Made by a program: the position numbers and the translations under genes
In this document: positions 57,885 to 64,000 of the stretch, piece after piece
How positions within the stretch are numbered: position 1 is the stretch's first letter
Layout of the letters: every line of letters begins with the position of its first letter
Notes under the pieces: generated by a model
What the model was told of the DNA's origin: nothing
Database searches by the model: none
Seen by the model: the letters and a program-made list of their open reading frames with translations, nothing else
Source: Phoronis australis
Lineage: Eukaryota > Animalia > Phoronida
NCBI GenBank assembly: GCA_002633005.1
Contig: NMRA01000376.1
Coordinates: forward strand, 155,564 to 219,563
Length of the DNA: 64,000 nt
Direction of reading: 5' to 3'

Positions 57885-60245
57885 CTAACTCGTTGGACCA
57901 AATAGCAAGAGGTATAAATAACTAGTATTCAACTTCTATTGCTTCCAAACTACAGAAACATTGAGTCAAATACTGCTTGCTTAAGTTAGCGACTTTGGGT
58001 CCGTCTCTCACGGATTTCAGCTTGGCTATTACTTCTATTACATCCTTTAAAGGGTCTCTACTTCAGTTGGTCACAAAATATACCCGTAAAGGTAACCTTT
58101 GAACACGAATGTTTTTGTCTTTTTGTTTATACTCGATCGTTTATGATTTGTCTCAGTCTCTCAGACTCCGTCTGACTGGCGAGCTCTAGTTCTCTGCTCG
58201 TCATTCACTCTATGTTATGCCGGTGAAAAGTACTGCGAAGTTTGTAGTGTTCAATTAGTATTTCTTTCCCTCCGCGAATTTCCTTCTTTTTCTCGAACTA
58301 TTCGTACTTTTCAATATTTAATATGTTGTTTTACAGTTTACCTTTAAAAGAAGTTTGTGCATAAAAGTGAGTCTTAACGATTTGCGGTAACTGGTCCCCC
58401 GTGTCTTCCAATCGACTTGACCTATTAGTGCGTCAGCGGTGTCGCAGCCCGAGTAGGGCTGCAATCCTGGTTAACACGAGCAGGCTACACGGCTCGACTT
58501 CGAAGCCTATTTCTGCTCATAAGATAACACGTGACGTGCTAGCCGCAAATCGCAGACCTGTTCACAACATAACTTTGGCATGCATTTAGATTTTAAAGGC
58601 AAATAGGCTTTCGACTCATTGGTTACATATGGCTTACGAGGTTGAGATTAAGCAGCAGCCAAATCAACGAGCGAAGTATGATCTTTGTAGTGTGCATAGG
58701 ATATTATTTCAAGCAATGTCGCTGACGCACACTGTTTTATAGTTGTTCAGACTGATCCACTTTCCTCCGATCAACACGTTAAAGAAGCCTGGAGCGCGAT
58801 AACCGACTAAATTGCAATATTGAAAGTGGTTCCCTGCCACTGAAATAGAATTCAACTTGCTCACCAGGTATTTTTAGGGTTTGCTCATGAACATTTTTAA
58901 ATTCTGTTGATATCAAAGCATTTTCTTTTAGTTTCAAATTTCAAAAAAAACGACCAGTCAACTGCTCGCCATTCCGTCGATTTTTCTCCCACATGGCAAA
59001 ACACGTCCTTATTTAGTATGGCAACACACATACGTAGCACATTTCCCTTATATGGAAAATGTGACCTTTGACCTCAAGCAGCTTCAATCAACTGACCGTG
59101 CATTCATCATACGTGGGAGGGAGATTAGAAACTGTGGTAACCACAGAGTTTTTCCTTCGCACGTATTTCAAAAATCGTGAGCTTTGTTAATTTTTATCGA
59201 AATTTCCCTACAGGGGAAAATGTATTACTCTGCACAAGACGTTGTGAGATGGTAATTTCGTCAGGAATTTTTTAAAGTGTATTTTTTGTTCCATGCCTCT
59301 TTAAGATATACTTCTTTTTAAGAATAATGTTCGTTCGACTGCTGGGAAATGAATCCCATGTTTTATGGGTAATCTTGATTATTAAGAGCTAGTACTCAAC
59401 ACGTGTCTGATGAAGGAGTCGCGGGATTATCCGATGTACTTACTGAGAGTAATATTTCATTGAATCTAGATTAACGGCGGTATACTTTTGGTAAAGTGCG
59501 TTGGTTGCTTCGCAAGGAAACTTGATTAAATTGTTATCTGGTTCCGAACTGGAAACATCTCGTTTTGTGTGTGTGCGACCTATGATCGTCTAACACACAT
59601 TGTTGCCCCCAGACAATACTTCATAATCATACGACCTCCGGAAGGAATCTCCATTGAATTCAAAATAACCTTGTAATTAAATTTCGAAACAGTACTTAGC
59701 CAGGCAGTGCGATTGATAATTTCTGGTGGATTTCAATGGCATGCTATCGACTGTGGCTATTTCCTTTGGATTCACGCAATAGTTAATGTGCAGGCGGAAA
59801 ACGACTTTTAAGACAGTTTCCGCTCTTAACACGCAATTGTTTGAGTGAAAAATTAATTTCCCGCGTCTTTGAACTTCCTGCATCACTGTAACACCGTGAG
59901 TTATATAAATATCGCCAATGCCTTTAATTATACAGGAAGTCGTTGAGAAGTAACAGAAATAGTCAATCGATCATTTGCTTTAATAGACAGTGAGATCTTC
60001 ATCAGTACTTAGTTAAGAGGTTGTCTTCACGAATAGTTGAACATTAATTGGTTTCGATGTGTCATTAATACAATAATTGATTCAAGGCTGTATTTATCAC
60101 ACTCAATCTTCGCTGTAGAATGTATAGAATATTTGATCAAGATTGTAGCTTCGAACCCTTGTGTCGAACCCGTCACTCGTATGTGTCGAATAATCTTTGT
60201 TACTGAGAGACTGAGTACTAGCGGCTTATTTCACCTAACAATCAC

Positions 60246-60298
60246 TGATTAAAGGTACTCTTTCCGTCGCTCATTGATTAAAGGTACTCTTTCCGTCG
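60246..60298 (+). repeat. Exact 24-bp direct duplication
   Basis: tgattaaaggtactctttccgtcg at 60246-60269 and 60275-60298. Confidence 0.85.
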
Positions 60299-63200
60299 TT
60301 TTTTCCACCAGTTTAGAACGAAAGGTCTTTTTTGTTGAAATAGGAATATTTCGTAAACTCTGGAACCGCATAGTTCATAAATAGTGACGTTTAGTGTCAT
60401 TTATCTGTGGCGGCCATTTTTGGTGCACTACCAGAAATTGAAATGTTAATTCTACATCTAATTACAATTTTGGCATGTTATTAATGTACAAGTGTCAATA
60501 AAGTGATAAGTGTGCATTAGAATTCGTGTAATAGAGAGGCCTTCAAAAAGGTAATTAAAAATTAAATTTCTTACAGTCATTGTCACCTGGTAGTGGAGCC
60601 TGGGAAAGCCGTCTTTGTGCTAATCTTGTGACTCTGATATATTATTCATTGAAAGGAAGAAGGCAAAATAAATGCTCCAACCGGCAGTTGACAGAATGTA
60701 GTGTCAACTAACACTTCTTTTGAGTACAATATTTAGTAATTGTATATATATATTACAAATTATTTTCTCTTCATTCAAATTTCGTTCTTTCTTTGCCAGT
60801 ATTTCATTTACAATTCGATAATTTGTGTTGTGATTTTTATAAAAAAGCCCCACTGACGGTATGCTGCACCATATTTGATTTGTTAAAACCGGTCGGTTAA
60901 CGTTTCTTTTTACATACGATAAAACCATGGATTAGGAAGATTCACCGCCGCAAACTTGTTTTATTTATATTTTTGAAGTATGGAATTTCTGCTCACGTTG
61001 TGAGGGCTTGTATTTCACGTTTGGATTCCTCGTGAGCAGTAACAACTCGCCATGATCGAGGAAAAGCGTAAACTTTTACGGAAAAGTTGTACTGTATTAC
61101 ACTTTTATCTGTTTATCTCGTGATTACTTGCGATGAAATTGTTGGCATGTGCTGAGTGGAAGATCAGTCATTGAATTTGACTTATATCATGTCATGAGGA
61201 TCTCTTTTCTAATTACGCTCAAGATCTTTCCCTGCTCGTTACACAAAAATGAATTTTGGGTACCTCTTGTCCGCATTTTTCTGGTTCATCTGATATTTGT
61301 GTTTGAGTATCAAGATGTGACCATACACAAAGTGTATTAGAAGTATAGTTTTGACACTCGTGACTTCTGGATCAACCTGTGACGCATTTTGTGACACCCA
61401 CTCTCGAAACATCTGTACGAAATCGTCATAAGCCAAATTTACGCGACTACACGAACTCGTCATGAGCAATTGTATGGCGTGGGGTTGAGCTGGTTATGTT
61501 TTCAGTGTATTATTGTCGTCAAATGATACAATTAGTAGCACGTGAAGAAAGTAGCCCATTCATTTAGAGTAGTTGAACCAAAAATTGACATCACGTGACT
61601 TATGCAGTATGTTTCCACCAAATGTCTACAAGATGATGCCCTACCTGACGCAACTACTCTCTCAGAAATAAGATTTGTTGATTTTTACAACTAACACTGT
61701 GAAAATTTCAAACGCGGATCGTGAAGATACGCCTGCTGATGGTTTTACATCGATTTCACCCTTTTAAAAATAAATAATGATAATGAAGTAACAGTTTTTG
61801 TCTGTGTGTTTTCAGTTGTTATAAAGCTAGATTATATTAATTATTTTAAACACAGCTAAAACTCTCAGTGATACTAATGTGGTTATATTTCTGGAGATCT
61901 AAACATAAATATAAGATTAAACTCTATATTTTAGTTGAAATGTGATTAATTCTTACAGTTGTCAAAAATCTACTCATCCGTTCAGTTGGCTCACGCTAGT
62001 CCTTGTCTTGGAATGGATTCCTAATTCATACCTCCATATCTTTGTCAATCAAGCATGAGTTCAGTTGAATCGTTTACAGCATGTATCTCTACCTGAACTA
62101 TTACATCCATTGTGAAATATGTTGAACCAATTATGTAGCATCATTTTATTGCAAACTTTCTCTCAGTTTTTTGTCACAGAATCACGGCTACTGGGTCGCA
62201 ATGGTTCGTTATTCCTGGTCACGGATAAGCTTGTAACACTTGGTGCAACTCCTATTTTATTCGTCTCAGTGTCTTTTTCTAACATTAAATTGCCCATGAC
62301 TAGTCTGTTCTGCTCATAGGATTTCAATTGTGATGTCGTTATTATGTTGGTGTGTCAGTTTCCATGCATTTTTTCAACATTTGCAGGACTCCCACCTCAC
62401 TAAAACGAGTAAGTGCAAAATCTCACAGGTTCGCTTTTCAGCGCAAATTTTGCATGATCGAAAATTCTCTGTGTACTAAGTTGTTATCGGAATGGTTTGA
62501 AGACAATAAAACAAACGGCGTTGAATTAAACTGTAAGTTTTCAAAGTTATTAGCAAAATAACGACTATATGTTAATTCTCCTTCGATTTCTAATCACTGC
62601 TTACAATTGTTCCGATCAAAGTAGTCATCCTTACAATGTAAGTTCAGTATGACAAAAAAGTTATGATTTCGCCAATTCTGCGAACAGAGGAGAAATGCCG
62701 ATTGAACTAAATGCTATCAAGGTCAGCCTTGCTTTGTTTTTCAAGATTGTACCAGACCAGCAATGGCTTGTGGGTGACAGGGTGGTTCGCTTGTGATAAC
62801 ATGCAAGTGTTATTGAATTTTTAATAGCTGTAATTAAGAGCAAAACTATCGATATTCGCTTTTCAGAATCAATGGAATACATTTAATGCATTTTGCTTGT
62901 AGACCGAGATTACAGACAAGCTGGACAGTTGTTAATTATCGGAATATGTGTTGCTGTGGTGCTACGACAGAGTGACTAAAAAGGAAACACGTGTTCGTCG
63001 GTATTTTAGGATAAAAAGGATTGGTTAGTTCTGATTTGCGCGCGCATCGTTTTGAATCCCACTGCACTGTGTTTTAGAAAAAACGCTCTCAAGTATCACT
63101 GAAGTAAACTAGTCTGTTGGATTTCAAAAGACTACACGAATGATATGCTTTTTAGGTTTTCAAGCAGTACATTGTTGAATTAGTGGTATTTAAAGAATTT

Positions 63201-64000
63201 AGTGTAACAAAAGCTAGTAATCGTTTTGAATCCTAAACACCAATATAAACTAATTGCAGAGCTGACTAAAGAACAAAAACGACACCACTTCAAAGGACTT
63301 TAGTCAAACGTGTATTTTTGGCAAAATCGCTTAGAAGTACGTTGTCCCATCGTTTAGGAACCAACGTTTTACAGACACTGACTCATGTGACGTTCTTGGA
63401 CCTCTTTCTAGCTGAGGACATCTAGCGGCGAATTCTTGGAACAACCGTATTTACGAGGTATTGTCAGGTTTGAATAACCGATGACATCTTAGAAAACCTA
63501 TCATCAGAAAAAAAATCTCTTAATTTGTCTTTTTTCGTTTACAACTAAGTTTCTTTTTCTGAGTGGCGCGGCATTTCCTGTTTCATACGGTCATCGTTCC
63601 ATTATTGTTGTTACAGTGAAAGTTACGTGGAAGCCTAGAAAAATGTTCAAATTTGGCTCTAATTTAGGAACAGCGTATCTCAGAAATAAGAGATTAGATT
63701 CATATGAAACTTTCGGATACCATGCTTTGTGAACTGTTCTCCAAAATCCTGTTAGGTATTGTTTTAAAAATGTCCTCCTTTTGCATGAACAGCAGTCAAA
63801 ATTGAACTAGTGATTTTTCAGAAAGATGTCAAAAGTTGCACAAAAGGAAAACGAATTGGTATATTAGGAAACTGTAATCGCGTTTTATTATCAAAGTATA
63901 CGAAATAAGAAATGAAATGATGAGTTTGTAAGTATCTGTGGGTATATTATTATATAAAATATTGTCATCGTACAATGTTTCGTGAGCCAGAGGTCTTTGA

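Overview
AT-rich, intron- and transposon-rich metazoan genomic DNA (invertebrate-like; the species cannot be identified from sequence alone), with one 52-N assembly gap. There are no prokaryotic features (no operons, CRISPR or rRNA). The main content is two tandem + strand 10-exon genes (11838-25978, about 645 aa; 30881-39438, about 603 aa). I assembled both by hand from GT-AG junctions. They share the same intron phase series (1,1,0,2,1,0,1,1,1) and encode divergent SLC15/POT (PTR2) family MFS transporters. Both keep the POT scaffold but replace several residues that normally drive proton coupling and peptide binding: the first Glu of ExxER, the Asp of the ADxxxGR signature, and the TM10 Glu. 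This is the most interesting signal in the window. The rest is a nested TE landscape: a decayed Tx1/L1-type LINE ORF2, THAP-bearing Kolobok-like elements (one relative has a TTAA insertion verified by an empty-site copy), Harbinger-like and hAT-like MITEs, a Crypton-like palindromic element carrying a tRNA-derived Pol III head, a candidate solo LTR and simple repeats. There are weak hints of a spliced minus-strand gene around 45.5-61.5 kb. All family assignments rest on recalled motifs, not database searches.
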